Source of the DNA: an uncultured Gemmatimonadaceae bacterium
Lineage (GTDB): Bacteria > Gemmatimonadota > Gemmatimonadetes > Gemmatimonadales > Gemmatimonadaceae
Length of the DNA: 64,000 nt
Direction: 5' to 3'
Assembly: GCA_963843845.1 (NCBI GenBank)
Contig: CAWJMB010000002.1
Span: 1,728,001 to 1,792,000 of the forward strand
Position 1 is the stretch's first letter. Each line of letters starts with the position of its first letter. Of this stretch, positions 20,115 to 31,706 are shown in pieces. The position numbers were made by a program, and so were the translations under genes. The notes below the pieces were generated by a model. The model searched no databases. It was given only the letters and a program-made list of their open reading frames with translations, and was not told where the DNA came from.

Positions 20115-21029
20115 TCAGTCGGTGCGCGTGAAGCGCCCGGTCCGCTCGCGGAGGATCGGCTCGGCCGACGCCGGATCGGCGACGTGGTCGGCCTTCGGCA
20201 CTCCGCTCGGCGCGATCGGCGAGCCGCCGGTCTCGTCACCTTCGATCGTGCGGCTCGGGCGGGTCCGACGCTCCGCGGCCGGCTCGATCTCGTCGGCCGC
20301 GTCGGTCTCCATCTGCCCCTCGCGCTGCCAGCGCTCCTCGAGCACCGGCTTCGGGCTCGCGTGGCGCCCCGGGTCGGCCGACGTCCCCTGTCGCGGTCGG
20401 CCGATGCCGACGCCGATCCCCTCCCAGCGCGCCGACGCCTCGACCTCGCCACTCTCGTACTTGCGCGCGCTGTCGTCGAACCGGTCGTCCTCCTCGCGCA
20501 CCGCGAGCCGGTTCACGACCGTCTCGACGCCTGGCACGCCGCGCGTGATGGTCACGGCGTGCTGCGTCTCCTCGTCGGCGTGCACCCAGCCGGTCAGCTC
20601 GATGATGCCGCGCCCGATCGCACCGATGTCGACGGCCCGCTCGCTCAGGATGGGGTCGTTGCGGAACGCTTCGAGTACCCGCTCCTCGAGCTGCTCGCCC
20701 TCGTCGCCGTATTCCTCGTCGTCGAGCGGCTCCTCGTCGATGTCGTAGGCCTCGTTGCCGCGGTCGCGGAAGCCGGCGGCCACCCGCTCGCGATCGTCGT
20801 CCGGCGTGTGGTGCCCGAATCGCTCGCGCAGTCGGTCGCCGAAGCCGTCGCCGAGGCGGTCGCGCACGCGGCGCGACAGGCGTTCGGAGACGGCGGAGAG
20901 TCCGCCGTAGCGCTGCGCGATCAGCACGCCGACCGCGACGCCGGCGAGCGCGCCGATGGCGATGTACAGAGGGCCGTTCGAGCTGCTGCTATCGTCGCGG
21001 TAGCGCAGTGCGCGGTATTTCGATGCCAT
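20115..21029 (-). CDS. BON-domain protein with an N-terminal TM helix
   Basis: LEERVLEAFRNDPILS...IELTGWV...VPGVETVVNRL pattern. Confidence 0.82.
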   Translation of the reverse strand: MASKYRALRYRDDSSSSNGPLYIAIGALAGVAVGVLIAQRYGGLSAVSERLSRRVRDRLGDGFGDRLRERFGHHTPDDDRERVAAGFRDRGNEAYDIDEEPLDDEEYGDEGEQLEERVLEAFRNDPILSERAVDIGAIGRGIIELTGWVHADEETQHAVTITRGVPGVETVVNRLAVREEDDRFDDSARKYESGEVEASARWEGIGVGIGRPRQGTSADPGRHASPKPVLEERWQREGQMETDAADEIEPAAERRTRPSRTIEGDETGGSPIAPSGVPKADHVADPASAEPILRERTGRFTRTD

Positions 21030-21160
21030 TGCCTGTGGTCGTGAGAGGGTCGCGGGTGGCGCGGGGAGCGGCGTCGTGGCGCAGGTGATGATGCCGGAAT
21101 AACTTGCGCCGCAGAGGCGCCGCGGAACTACGACGCGAGCGCGCAAGAACAAGGCCACCT

Positions 21161-21185
21161 GCGGGGATGTCGGACCCCGCTTTTT
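21161..21185 (+). promoter_or_regulatory. Terminator-like hairpin with U-tract in the thrS leader
   Basis: GCGGGG-ATGTCGGA-CCCCGC-TTTTT ending 7 nt before the ATG. Confidence 0.5.
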
Positions 21186-21192
21186 GCACTCC

Positions 21193-23172
21193 ATGATGAA
21201 CGCGTCCGTCGCTCATTCGCCCGCGGAATCCGCGGCGCCGATCGTCCTCACGCTCCCCGACGGCGCGACGCGCGAGGTGCCGTACGGTACGCTCCCCCGC
21301 GAGGTCGTCGCGTCGATCGGCGAGCGGTTGCTGCGTGCCGCCGTCGCGGTCTCCGTCGACGGCGAGGTGCAGGACCTCATCACGCCGCTGCGCGCGGGCG
21401 GGCACTTCCGCGTGCTCACGGAGCGGGACGCCGAGGCGCTCGCGGTGCTTCGGCACTCTGGCGCGCACGTCCTCGCGACGGCCGTCCGGCGGCTGCGCCC
21501 CGACGCGAAGATCGGCTTCGGCCCGGCGATCGACGAGGGCTTCTACTACGACTTCGAGGTCGCGTCGCCCTTCACGCCCGACGATCTCGCCGGGTTCGAG
21601 GCGGAGATGCGCCGGGTCGCCGGCGAGAAGCTCGCGTTCGAGCGGCGCGAGGTCTCGCGCGACGAGGCGAGGACCGTCTTTCGTGACGATCCGCTGAAGC
21701 TCGAGCGGCTGCACGACCTCCCGGCGGACGAAGTCATCTCGACGTACCGCGACGGCGACTTCGTCGATCTGTGCCGCGGTCCGCACGTTCCCGACACCTC
21801 GTGGCTCAAGCACTTCAAGCTGTTGACCACGGCCGGCGCGTACTGGCGTGGCGACGTGAAGCGGCAGATGCTGCAGCGGATCTACGCGACGGCGTTCTTC
21901 AAGAAGGACGACCTCGACCAGCATCTGCACCGCCTCGAGGAGGCGAAGCGCCGCGACCACCGGCTGTTGGGCAAGCAGCTCGACCTCTTCCAGTTCCACC
22001 CGGTCTCGCCGGGCGCGGCGTTCTGGACGCCGCGCGGCACGACGCTCTACAACACGCTCGTGGATTTCGTGCGCGACCGGCAGCGTGCCGACTTCCTGGA
22101 GGTGAAGACGCCGCTCGTGTACACGAAGGTGCTCTGGGAGCAGTCCGGGCACTGGGGAAAGTACAGGGAGAACATGTTTCTCATCCTCGACAACGAGTCG
22201 GGTGAGCACGACATGTCGCTCAAGCCGATGAACTGCCCCTCGCACTACATCTACTTCAACTCGGCGAAGCACTCGTATCGCGAGCTGCCGCTGCGCCTGA
22301 CGACGATGGACGTGCTGCACCGGAACGAGGTGTCGGGGGCGCTCTCCGGGCTCACGCGAGTGCGGCAGTTCGCGCAGGACGACTGCCACGTCTTCCTGCG
22401 CGAGGACCAGATCGAGTCGGAGGTGAAGTTCCTGCTCGACTTCATCCTCGGTCACTACCGCGCGTTCGGGCTCACCGCGGCGCTCAAGTTCGCGACGCGT
22501 CCCGAACAGCGCATCGGCTCCGACGAGCTGTGGGACCGAGCGGAGGGGGCGCTGCGCGCCGCCCTCGAGTCCACCGGGATGGCCTACGAGCTGAAGCCGG
22601 GCGACGGCGCGTTCTACGGTCCGAAGATCGACTTCGACGTGACGGACTCGATAGGCCGTTCGTGGCAGCTGGGCACGATCCAGCTCGACTACAACGCGCC
22701 CGAGCGGTTCGACATGGGGTACGTCGGCGACGACAACACCGTGCACCGGCCGGTGGTGATTCATCGCGCCGTGTGCGGCTCGTTCGAGCGGTTCCTCGCC
22801 ATCCTGATCGAGCACTTCGCCGGCGCGTTCCCGACGTGGCTCGCGCCGGAGCAGGTGCGCGTCGTCCCGATCGCCCCCGACTACGCCGACTACGCGGCCG
22901 AGCTGACGCGCGCGCTGCGCGGGGCCGGCGTCCGGGTCGGCTACGACCCGGAGGCGCGCAAGGATTACCGCGAGGTCATCAAGGACGCGTCGCTGCTCAA
23001 GATCCCGTACATGGCCGTCGTCGGGCGGCGCGAGGCAGAGCAGCGCACCGTCACGTTGCGTCGGCGCGGGGCGGAGAAGCAGCAGGAGACGCTCTCGATC
23101 GAGGCGCTCGTGCAGCGCCTGACGGACGAGATCCGGACGCACGCGCTCGAGGCGGGGGCGGCGGCGGTCTGA
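21193..23172 (+). CDS. thrS: Threonine--tRNA ligase
   Basis: TGS domain, editing-domain HSGAH and DLCRGPH, KPMNCP, RVRQFAQDD and FYGPKID motifs. Confidence 0.97.
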   Translation: MMNASVAHSPAESAAPIVLTLPDGATREVPYGTLPREVVASIGERLLRAAVAVSVDGEVQDLITPLRAGGHFRVLTERDAEALAVLRHSGAHVLATAVRRLRPDAKIGFGPAIDEGFYYDFEVASPFTPDDLAGFEAEMRRVAGEKLAFERREVSRDEARTVFRDDPLKLERLHDLPADEVISTYRDGDFVDLCRGPHVPDTSWLKHFKLLTTAGAYWRGDVKRQMLQRIYATAFFKKDDLDQHLHRLEEAKRRDHRLLGKQLDLFQFHPVSPGAAFWTPRGTTLYNTLVDFVRDRQRADFLEVKTPLVYTKVLWEQSGHWGKYRENMFLILDNESGEHDMSLKPMNCPSHYIYFNSAKHSYRELPLRLTTMDVLHRNEVSGALSGLTRVRQFAQDDCHVFLREDQIESEVKFLLDFILGHYRAFGLTAALKFATRPEQRIGSDELWDRAEGALRAALESTGMAYELKPGDGAFYGPKIDFDVTDSIGRSWQLGTIQLDYNAPERFDMGYVGDDNTVHRPVVIHRAVCGSFERFLAILIEHFAGAFPTWLAPEQVRVVPIAPDYADYAAELTRALRGAGVRVGYDPEARKDYREVIKDASLLKIPYMAVVGRREAEQRTVTLRRRGAEKQQETLSIEALVQRLTDEIRTHALEAGAAAV

Positions 23173-23222
23173 GGAGAACTTCCCCGTGATGTTTCCCTGA
23201 CGTCACCGCACCTCACACCGCG

Positions 23223-25676
23223 CTAGCGACTCCGGATCGCGTCGACCGGATCGATCCGCGCCGCCCTGCTCGCTGGCAGCCAGCAGGCGGCGATGCCGAC
23301 GACGGCCATGAGCAGCGTGACGCCGATGAGCGTCACGGGATCGTGCGGCGGCACGCCGTAGAGCAGGCTCTGCATGGCGCGGGTCGCCGCGAGCGCGCCG
23401 GCGGCGCCTAACGCGAGCCCGATCCCGAGCAGCACGCCGCCCTCGCCGAGGATCATGCGCCGAATCGCGCCGCGGTCCGCGCCGAGGCTCATGCGGACGC
23501 CGATGTCGTTCGTGCGCGTCGACACGGAGAACGCCAGCACGCCGGCGATGCCGACGGCGGCGATGACGACCGCGAGCACGCCGAACGACGAGATCAGCGC
23601 CGCGTTCAGACGTCGCGGCGCGACGCTCTCGTCGCGGATCTGGTCGATGGTCAGCATGTTCTCGATCGGCTCGCGCGGCGCGACGGCACGGATGACGCGC
23701 GCCACGTTCGGTGCGAGCGTCGCGGCCGCGGTCGCGCTGCGCACCACGAAGCCGCCGCCCTGGAACACGGGCGACTGCGCGAACGGCTGGAAGACGACCA
23801 GCCGCGGCGCCGCGTCGAGTCCGCCGTCGCGGGTGTCGCCCACGACGCCGACCACGGTGCGCCACAGATTCTCGGGCATCCCGATGAACTGCAGCACGGG
23901 GCCCGTCCACGCGATGCGCTGGCCGATCGGGTCGCGGCCGGGCCAGAACTTCTCGGCCATCGTCTTGTTCACGATCACGACGAGGCTCGCGCTGTCGCGG
24001 TCGGTGGCCATGAAGTCGCGGCCCGCGAGCACCGGGATGCCGGCCGCCTTGAAGTAGCCCGGGTCCGCGGTGCGCATCTCGGAGTGCGGTTGCGCCTCCC
24101 CAGCGGCGAGCGTGTAGCCGTCGGCCTTCACGTCCAGCGCGAACTGGGTGGAGCGGAGCGGCATCGTCGAGCCGACGCCGACCTCCTGCACCCCGGGAAG
24201 GCCGTGGAGGTCGTCGCTGATGCGGCGGTAGAGCGCCCGCGCGTCCTCGTCGCTCCGCTCGCCCATGACGAGTGGCATCTCCATCGTCAGCACCTCGCCC
24301 GGCCTGATGCCGGCGTCGACGTCGGCGAGCTGCAGCATCGTCCGCGTGAGCAGCCCTGCGCCCGCGAGCAGCACGACCGATACGGCGATCTGCGCGACGA
24401 CGAGCGCGCGCTGCATGCGCTGCTTTCGCAGGCTTCCGCTCACCCGGCTCACTCCCGCCGCGACCCACCCGCCGAGCGTCCCTTCCTTCGGGAGACTCGG
24501 CGCATAGGAGAGGAGCAGCGCGACCGCGAGCGTCGTCACGAGCGTGAACGCGAGCACCATCCAGTCGAGCCTGATCTCGCCGGCGCGCGGGGAGTAGCGC
24601 CCGGCGAACGGGACGAGCAGCGCGACGCCGCCCCACGCGATCACGAGCCCGACGAGCGCGCCCGAACCGGCGAGCAGCAGGTTCTCGACGAGCAGCAGCC
24701 GACGGAGCGGCCCCGTACCGGCACCGACCGCGGCGCGCAACACCAGCTCGTGCTCGCGACGCACGCCGCGCATCAGCGTGAGGTTCGCCACGTTCGCGCA
24801 CGAGATGATCAGCACGAACGCGGCCGCGGCCATGAGGAGCCCGACCGTCAGCCGCGCCTTCTCGCCGAGCACTTCGCGGAACGGCAGCACCTCGACGCGG
24901 TACCCCGAACTCGGATCGTAGTCCTGAACGTACTCCGCCTGCACCCGCGAGCGGATCGTCGCCACTTCCGAGCGTGCGCGGTCGAGCGTGGCGCCGGGCG
25001 CGAGGCGCGCGATGACCTCGGTCATCCGGTGCGATCGGCCCTGGACCATCGTCGCGCTCACGTGGTGCTCGCTGATCACCATGTTCATGAGCGCGTCGTA
25101 GCGGCCTGGAAAGAACGGTGCCGGCTGCGCCACGCCGATGATCGTCGTCGGCTTCCCCTCGACCCGCACGACGCGGCCGATGACGCTCGGGTCGCCGCCG
25201 AAGTGGGACTTCCAGTAGTCGTAGGTCAGCACCATCACCGGGGGCGGCGTCGAGCCGTCGTCGGCGTCGTTCGTCTGGCGGCCGAGGACCGTCGTGAGGC
25301 CCATGACCTGGAAGTAGTTGCCCGTCACCAGGCCGACGTTGATCCGCACGGGGTCGGACCCCTCGCGCAGCATCGTCAGCGTCAGCGGCGAGTACTCGGC
25401 GACGCCGGCGAGCGACTTCGCACCGTCGCGGACGTCGTTGATCTCGGGAACCGAGAACGCGATGTTCTCGCCCCCCGGCCCGCTGATCGACTGCCGCAGG
25501 TAGACGAGCTGGTCGCCGCCGCGGTGCGGGAGTGGCCGCAGGAGCACGCCCCGGACGACCGAGAAGATCGCCGTGTTCGCCCCGATCCCGAGGCCGAGGG
25601 TCAGCACGACGGCGACGGCGAAGCCGCGGGCGCGGGACAGGCTGCGGAGCGCGAAGCGAAGGTCCGAGATGAGCAT
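23223..25676 (-). CDS. ADOP-type duplicated MacB/FtsX ABC permease
   Basis: DLRFALRSL, LGLGIGANTAIFS, CANVANL and ARIDP motifs; two MacB/FtsX modules. Confidence 0.92.
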   Translation of the reverse strand: MLISDLRFALRSLSRARGFAVAVVLTLGLGIGANTAIFSVVRGVLLRPLPHRGGDQLVYLRQSISGPGGENIAFSVPEINDVRDGAKSLAGVAEYSPLTLTMLREGSDPVRINVGLVTGNYFQVMGLTTVLGRQTNDADDGSTPPPVMVLTYDYWKSHFGGDPSVIGRVVRVEGKPTTIIGVAQPAPFFPGRYDALMNMVISEHHVSATMVQGRSHRMTEVIARLAPGATLDRARSEVATIRSRVQAEYVQDYDPSSGYRVEVLPFREVLGEKARLTVGLLMAAAAFVLIISCANVANLTLMRGVRREHELVLRAAVGAGTGPLRRLLLVENLLLAGSGALVGLVIAWGGVALLVPFAGRYSPRAGEIRLDWMVLAFTLVTTLAVALLLSYAPSLPKEGTLGGWVAAGVSRVSGSLRKQRMQRALVVAQIAVSVVLLAGAGLLTRTMLQLADVDAGIRPGEVLTMEMPLVMGERSDEDARALYRRISDDLHGLPGVQEVGVGSTMPLRSTQFALDVKADGYTLAAGEAQPHSEMRTADPGYFKAAGIPVLAGRDFMATDRDSASLVVIVNKTMAEKFWPGRDPIGQRIAWTGPVLQFIGMPENLWRTVVGVVGDTRDGGLDAAPRLVVFQPFAQSPVFQGGGFVVRSATAAATLAPNVARVIRAVAPREPIENMLTIDQIRDESVAPRRLNAALISSFGVLAVVIAAVGIAGVLAFSVSTRTNDIGVRMSLGADRGAIRRMILGEGGVLLGIGLALGAAGALAATRAMQSLLYGVPPHDPVTLIGVTLLMAVVGIAACWLPASRAARIDPVDAIRSR

Positions 25677-25856
25677 GGCGTCGTCGCGGGGTGACGGTGG
25701 CGGCCCGGACGGGCCGGCACACAGTCGACGAACGAAGCGCCGCAGAATCGACACTGGGCGCGGGGGCGGGAGCAGTGAAGGTAGCGCGGCGTCAAGAGCG
25801 CGGGTCGTTACCTTTCCCATGCTCTCCGACACCCTGCACCCCGTGTTTCGCTCGCC

Positions 25857-27068
25857 ATGCCTGAGACCGCTCGCACTCCCGTCATCGTCGCCGCGGCGCG
25901 TACGCCGATCGGCAAGTTCCTCGGCGCCTTCGGCGCCCTGCAGGCCCCCGACCTCGGCGCCGCCGCGATCCGCGCCGCGATCGAGCGCGCCGGAATCGAC
26001 GCGGGCGCGGTGCAGGAGGTCATCATGGGGAACGTCGTCCAGGGCGGTGTGGGGCAGGCGCCGGCGCGGCAGGCCATGCTCAAGGCCGGCGTACCGGCCA
26101 CCGTCTCCGCCCTGACGATCAACAAGGTCTGCGGCTCGGGGCTCAAGGCCGTCATGCTCGCGGCGCAGTCGATCAAGGCCGGCGACGCGCAGGTCGTCGT
26201 CGCCGGGGGGCAGGAATCGATGTCGAACGCCCCCTACTACGCCTACGGCATGCGCGACGGGGTGAAGCTCGGCGACCAGAAGCTCGTCGACGGAATGATC
26301 AAGGATGGCCTCTGGTGCGGCGTCTGCGACGTCCACATGGGATCGCACGCCGAGTACACCGCCAAGAAGGCGGGAGTGACCCGCGAGCAGCAGGACCAGT
26401 TCGCCGTCGGATCGCATCAGAAGGCCGTGGCGGCGCAGCAGGCCGGGAAGTTCAAGGGCGAGATCGTGTCGGTGTCGGTCCCGGGGCGCAAAGGGCCGAC
26501 GGTCGTCGACACCGACGAGGGCCCGCGTGCGGACGCCTCGCTCGATTCGATGGCGAAGCTCCGCCCGGCGTTCGCGACGAAGAACGCGCCCGCCGACGAG
26601 CAGACCGTGACCGCCGGCAACGCCTCGTCGTTGAACGACGGCGCGTCGGCGCTCGTCGTGACCTCCGAGGAGTATGCGCGCGCGCACGGGCTCACGATCA
26701 TGGCGCGCATCACGAGCTACGCGACCGGTGCGACGAACCCGCAGGACCTGTTCTTCGCGCCGATCACGGCGGTGAACAACCTGATGGCGAAGTCGGGCAC
26801 CACGATCGGCGACTACGACCTCATCGAAGCGAACGAGGCGTTCGCGTCGCAGGCGCTCGCCACGGGGCAGGGGCTCGACTGGGCGTGGGACCGCGTCAAC
26901 GTCCACGGCGGCGCGATCGCGTTGGGCCACCCGATCGGGGCGAGCGGCGCGCGCGTGCTGACGACGCTGCTCTACGCGCTCGCCGACCGCGGCCAGTCGA
27001 CCGGGCTCGCGACGCTCTGTCTGGGCGGCGGCGACGCGGTGGCGCTCGGCGTGGAACGGGTCGCCTGA
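25857..27068 (+). CDS. Acetyl-CoA C-acetyltransferase (thiolase)
   Basis: [20 protein letters not shown] and CLGGG motifs. Confidence 0.95.
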   Translation: MPETARTPVIVAAARTPIGKFLGAFGALQAPDLGAAAIRAAIERAGIDAGAVQEVIMGNVVQGGVGQAPARQAMLKAGVPATVSALTINKVCGSGLKAVMLAAQSIKAGDAQVVVAGGQESMSNAPYYAYGMRDGVKLGDQKLVDGMIKDGLWCGVCDVHMGSHAEYTAKKAGVTREQQDQFAVGSHQKAVAAQQAGKFKGEIVSVSVPGRKGPTVVDTDEGPRADASLDSMAKLRPAFATKNAPADEQTVTAGNASSLNDGASALVVTSEEYARAHGLTIMARITSYATGATNPQDLFFAPITAVNNLMAKSGTTIGDYDLIEANEAFASQALATGQGLDWAWDRVNVHGGAIALGHPIGASGARVLTTLLYALADRGQSTGLATLCLGGGDAVALGVERVA

Positions 27069-27097
27069 CGCTCGACGCGCGATCATCGCGCGGCACG

Positions 27098-28000
27098 TTG
27101 TTCGCCGCGGCGACTCCGGGGCTGCGCGCGCTCGGGCGGCTCGCGCTGTTCGTCGCCGCGGTCGTCGCCGCCGGCGTCGTCGCGGGGAGCGTCGTCTACC
27201 CACTCATCGCACGCCTGGCCCGGGCGGTCGGCGTGCGGCTCAACGGCGCGTACTGGTTCCCCTTCTCCGACTGGCTCTCGGTCGGCGCGGCGCTGCTCGC
27301 GACGGCCGCGCTGCTGTTCTGGGTCGATCGCGGGACGTGGGCGGACGTGGGGCTCGGGCGGGCGGCGCTCGCGCCACGGGGGCTCGCGGCGGGCACCCTC
27401 CTCGGCGCCGCGGCCATCGGTGTGCCGTCACTGCTCCTCGTCGCCGGGCAGGCGCTGCGCATCGTGCCCGCGGCCGACGGCAGCTGGATCGCGACGGCAC
27501 TCGTGCTCCTGGGCCGCCTCGCGCCGGCGGCGTTGCTCGAGGAGCTGCTCTTTCGAGGATATCCCTTCACGGCGCTGCACGCGGCCGCGGGCGCGCTCGG
27601 CGCGACGCTCGTGACGAGCGTGCTGTTCGGGCTCGTGCACATCACGAACCCGGGTGCCTCCGCGCTGTCGATCGCGATGGTCGTTCTCGCCGGGGTGTTC
27701 CTGAGCGGGGTGCGGCTCGCGACGGGCAGCGTGTATGCGGCGACCGCGGCGCACCTCGCCTGGAACTGGACGCTGGCGGGATTGCTCCACACGCCGGTGA
27801 GCGGGCTCGCGGTGCCCCTCGCCGACTACCGCACCATCGACGTCGGGGCGGACTGGCTCACCGGCGGCGCGTGGGGCCCCGAGGGCGGTGTGCCGGCCGG
27901 ACTCGGCATGCTCGCTGCGACGGCGCTGCTCGGTCGCGCCGCGCGGCGCCGAGGCCTCACGCTCTTCTCTTCATCACGCGGAACACCCGAGCATGTCTGA
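27098..28000 (+). CDS. CPBP (CAAX/Abi) intramembrane glutamic endopeptidase; start uncertain
   Basis: EELLFRG, FGLVH and HLAWN motifs; multiple TM segments. Confidence 0.85.
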   Translation: MFAAATPGLRALGRLALFVAAVVAAGVVAGSVVYPLIARLARAVGVRLNGAYWFPFSDWLSVGAALLATAALLFWVDRGTWADVGLGRAALAPRGLAAGTLLGAAAIGVPSLLLVAGQALRIVPAADGSWIATALVLLGRLAPAALLEELLFRGYPFTALHAAAGALGATLVTSVLFGLVHITNPGASALSIAMVVLAGVFLSGVRLATGSVYAATAAHLAWNWTLAGLLHTPVSGLAVPLADYRTIDVGADWLTGGAWGPEGGVPAGLGMLAATALLGRAARRRGLTLFSSSRGTPEHV

Positions 28001-28883
28001 GACCACGAACGCGCCGTCGCACGACGACGACGCCTACAAGATCGACGAAGTCGCCGTGATCGGCGCCGGCCAGATGGGGAACGGCATCGCGCACGTGTTC
28101 GCCGCGGCCGGATACGACGTGGCGATGATCGACGTGAACGCGGCCGCGTTGCAGCGCGGCGTGTCGACGATCGAGAAGAATCTCGAGCGTCAGCTCAAGA
28201 AGGGGAGCATCGACGCCGCGGCGCGCGATGCGACGCTCGCGAAGCTCTCGACGCACGTCGACCTGGCGGCGATCGAAGGGGCGGGGATCGTGATCGAGGC
28301 GGCGACGGAGAACGTCGACCTCAAGTTCCGCATCTTCGAGGACCTCGACCGCCTGGGCGATCCGGGCGCGATCCTCGCCAGCAACACGAGTTCGATCGCG
28401 ATCACCGAGATCGCGGCCCGCACGAAGCGCCCCGAGCAGGTCATCGGGATGCACTTCATGAATCCCGTTCCGGTCATGCAGCTCGTCGAGGTCATCCGCG
28501 GCCTCGCGACGAGCGACGCGACGACGGCCGCGACGATGGCGCTCGCGCGCCGCGTCGGAAAGACGCCGGTCGAGGTGAACGATTTTCCGGGCTTCGTGGC
28601 GAACCGGATCCTCATGCCGATGATCAACGAGGCCGTGTACTGCGTCATGGAAGGCGTCGGCACGCCGGACGCGATCGACACGGTGATGAAGCTCGGCATG
28701 AATCATCCGATGGGGCCGCTCACCCTCGCCGACTTCATCGGGCTCGACACCTGCGTCGCGATCCTCGAAGTCATGCACCGCGGACTCGGCGATCCGAAGT
28801 ACCGTCCGTGCCCGCTGCTCCGGAAGTACGTCGCCGCCGGGTGGCTGGGGCGGAAGAGCGGCCGCGGCTTCTACCAGTACTGA
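27993..28883 (+). CDS. 3-hydroxybutyryl-CoA dehydrogenase
   Basis: GAGQMG, SNTSS, GMHFMNP and HPMGPL motifs. Confidence 0.94.
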   Translation: MSETTNAPSHDDDAYKIDEVAVIGAGQMGNGIAHVFAAAGYDVAMIDVNAAALQRGVSTIEKNLERQLKKGSIDAAARDATLAKLSTHVDLAAIEGAGIVIEAATENVDLKFRIFEDLDRLGDPGAILASNTSSIAITEIAARTKRPEQVIGMHFMNPVPVMQLVEVIRGLATSDATTAATMALARRVGKTPVEVNDFPGFVANRILMPMINEAVYCVMEGVGTPDAIDTVMKLGMNHPMGPLTLADFIGLDTCVAILEVMHRGLGDPKYRPCPLLRKYVAAGWLGRKSGRGFYQY

Positions 28884-28886
28884 CCG

Positions 28887-30046
28887 ATGACTCCCTCGCT
28901 ACTCCCGCTCACCGAGACGCAGCGCGACATCCAGCAGCTGGCCCGCGACTTCGCCCGCGAGCACGTCGCGCCGTTCGCCGCGCAGTGGGACCGTGATTCG
29001 CTATTTCGAGCCGTCGATCATCCCGCAGCTCGGCGAGGCCGGATTCCTCGGCATGCTGCTGCCCGAAGCATACGACGGGCTCGGGTTGGACGCGGTGAGC
29101 TATCTGCTCGCGCTCGAGGAGATCGCGGCCGCCGACGCGTCGGTGGCGGTGCTCATGAGCGTGCACAACTCGCTGCCCACGCAGATGCTGCTGCGCTGGG
29201 GCAGCGACGCGCAGAAGGAACGATGGCTCAGGCCGATGGCGCGCGGCGAGCTGCTCGGCGCGTTCGCGCTCTCGGAGCCGGACGCGGGGAGCGACGCGGC
29301 GGCGCTCCGCTGTCAGGCGATGCGCGACGGCGACGACTGGATCCTCAGCGGCACGAAGGCGTGGGTGACGAACGGCAACGTACGCGGGGGCGATCCTCGC
29401 GATGGCGCGCACCGACTCGCCCGACGACCGCCGCGGCGGCCGGGGCATCTCGGCGTTCATCGTCTCGCCGGAGCTGCCCGGGTTCAACGTCGGCAAGAAA
29501 GAGCGGAAGATGGGACTCCGCGCGTCGCCGACGGTGCAGCTGTCGTTCGACGAGATGCGTGTGCCGGGCGACCGACTGTTGGGCGAGCCGGGGCAGGGGC
29601 TGTCGTACGCCCTGCAGTCGCTCGAGCACGGCCGCCTCGGCATCGCGGCACAGGCGATCGGGATCGCGCAGGCGGCGTTCGATGCGGCGCGCGTGTATGC
29701 CGACCAGCGCAAGCAGTTCGGGCGCCCGATCCGCGACTTCGAGGCGATCCAGTTCAAGCTCGCCGACATGGCGACGCGCATCGAGGCGAGCCGCGCGATC
29801 CTGCACCTGACGGCCGCGGCGAAAGACCGCGGCGAGCGCGTCACGCGGTACGCCGCGATGGCGAAGCTGATGGCCAGCGAGACCGCCATGTTCGTCGCCG
29901 ACGAGGCGGTCCAGATCTTCGGCGGCTACGGCTACGTGACCGAGTACCCGGTCGAGCGCTACCTCCGCGACGCGAAGGTGACCGAGATCTACGAGGGGAC
30001 GTCGGAGATCCAGCGCGTCGTCATCGCCCGCGAGCTGTACGCCTAA
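28887..30046 (+). CDS. Acyl-CoA dehydrogenase, frameshifts near 28995 and 29385
   Basis: ALSEPDAGSD, GTKAWVTNG, KMGLRAS, RKQFG, QIFGGYG and IYEGTSEIQ motifs. Confidence 0.9.
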
Positions 30047-30064
30047 CACACGCACGCTCCCATC

Positions 30065-31141
30065 ATGAAGCTCTTCGACACCATCGCCGGCATGGGCCAC
30101 GAGCAGGTCGTCGTCTGCCACGACACGGCGAGCGGCTACCGCGGCATCATCGCGATTCACGACACGACGCTCGGCCCCGCGCTGGGCGGGACGCGGTTCT
30201 GGAGCTACACGAGCGACGAGGAAGCGATCGTCGATGCGCTGCGGCTGAGCCGCGGCATGACGTACAAGAACGCCGTCGCGGGGCTCAACCTCGGCGGCGG
30301 CAAGAGCGTCATCATCGGCGACAACCGCACGACGCAGCGCGAGATGCTGTTCCGCGCGCATGGCCGCTTCGTCGACTCGTTGGGCGGGCGCTACGTCACC
30401 GCGGAGGACGTGGGCACGAGCACGGGGGACATGGACTTCGTGCACATGGAGACCGACTACGTCGCGGGGCTCGCCGGCGGGTCGGGCGACCCGTCGCCGG
30501 TCACGGCGCACGGCGTCTTCCGCGCGATCCAGGCCTCCGCGCGGCAGCGGTGGGGGAGCGACTCGCTCGAGGGGCGGGTCGTCGCGATCCAGGGGTGCGG
30601 GAATGTCGGACACCACCTCGCGAGCGAGCTGGTCGCCGCGGGCGCGAAGATCATCGTCACCGACATCGACGCCGACCGCGTGAAGCGCGTCGTGAGCGCG
30701 ACGGGCGCTCGTGCCGTCGCGACGGACGACATCTACGCGCAGCAGGCCGACGTCTTCGCGCCGTGCGCGCTGGGCGCCGTCATCAACGACCGCACGATCC
30801 CACAGCTCCGCGTCGAGATCGTCGCCGGGGCGGCGAACAACCAGCTCCTCGAGGACCGGCACGGCGAGCTGCTCGAGGAACGCGGGATTCTCTACGCCCC
30901 CGACTACGTGGCGAACGCCGGCGGCGTCATCAACGTGTACAGCGAGCTCGCCGGGTGGAGTCGCGAACGCTCGCTCCGCAAGGCCGACGAGATCTATCAT
31001 ACGGTGCTGAACGTCTTCGAGATCGCGAAGCAGGACGGCGTCCCGACCTACGTCGCCGCCGACCGCCTCGCCGAGCGTCGCATCGCGGCCGTGCGCTCGA
31101 TGGTGAAGATGCGGCCGCAGTGGCCCAACAAGGCGGACTGA
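30065..31141 (+). CDS. Leucine/valine/phenylalanine dehydrogenase
   Basis: [27 protein letters not shown] and ANAGG motifs. Confidence 0.94.
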   Translation: MKLFDTIAGMGHEQVVVCHDTASGYRGIIAIHDTTLGPALGGTRFWSYTSDEEAIVDALRLSRGMTYKNAVAGLNLGGGKSVIIGDNRTTQREMLFRAHGRFVDSLGGRYVTAEDVGTSTGDMDFVHMETDYVAGLAGGSGDPSPVTAHGVFRAIQASARQRWGSDSLEGRVVAIQGCGNVGHHLASELVAAGAKIIVTDIDADRVKRVVSATGARAVATDDIYAQQADVFAPCALGAVINDRTIPQLRVEIVAGAANNQLLEDRHGELLEERGILYAPDYVANAGGVINVYSELAGWSRERSLRKADEIYHTVLNVFEIAKQDGVPTYVAADRLAERRIAAVRSMVKMRPQWPNKAD

Positions 31142-31178
31142 CGCTTCGCTGCGCCGAGGGCGACGCATGGGAGGAGAG

Positions 31179-31706
31179 ATGAAGGAATCGATTCCGATCG
31201 CCAGCGACCACGCCGGCTTCGAGATGAAGGCGAAGGTGCGCGCGTTGCTGGAGCAGCGCGGCTTCGAGGTGCAGGACCTCGGTACGGACAGCGACGCGTC
31301 GACCGACTACGCGGACTACGCGCACCCGCTCGCGCAGGAGGTCTCGGAGGGGACGGCGAAGCGCGGGGTGTTGCTCTGCGGCACCGGGCTCGGGATGTCC
31401 TACGTGGCGAACCGCTATCCCCACGTGCGCGCCGCCGTCGCCTGGACCCCCGAGATCGCCGAGCTGGCGCGGCGCCACAACGACGCGAACGTCCTCGTGC
31501 TGCCCTCGCGCTTCGTGTCGGACGCCGACGCGGAGAAGATCCTCGACGCGTGGCTCGTCGCGCCGTTCGACGGCGGGCGGCATGAGCGTCGCATCGAGAA
31601 GATCGAGGTGACCGACGCGGCGCGCGCCGACGAGGCGAGCCGCCACACTTCACACCCCACGGCGGACGCCGGACCCGGCGGCCACGCGCACGAGGAACTC
31701 GAGTGA
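31179..31706 (+). CDS. rpiB: Ribose-5-phosphate isomerase B
   Basis: [20 protein letters not shown] and FDGGRH motifs. Confidence 0.94.
   Translation: MKESIPIASDHAGFEMKAKVRALLEQRGFEVQDLGTDSDASTDYADYAHPLAQEVSEGTAKRGVLLCGTGLGMSYVANRYPHVRAAVAWTPEIAELARRHNDANVLVLPSRFVSDADAEKILDAWLVAPFDGGRHERRIEKIEVTDAARADEASRHTSHPTADAGPGGHAHEELE

Noticed and set aside
21050..21070. GGGTGGCGCG read as a T-box upstream of thrS
   Set aside because: Lacks the TGGNACC consensus and a recognisable stem I
23223..27203. 1326-aa ORF and many other long Arg/Ala-rich overlapping ORFs
   Set aside because: High-GC shadow frames; the permease itself starts at 25676
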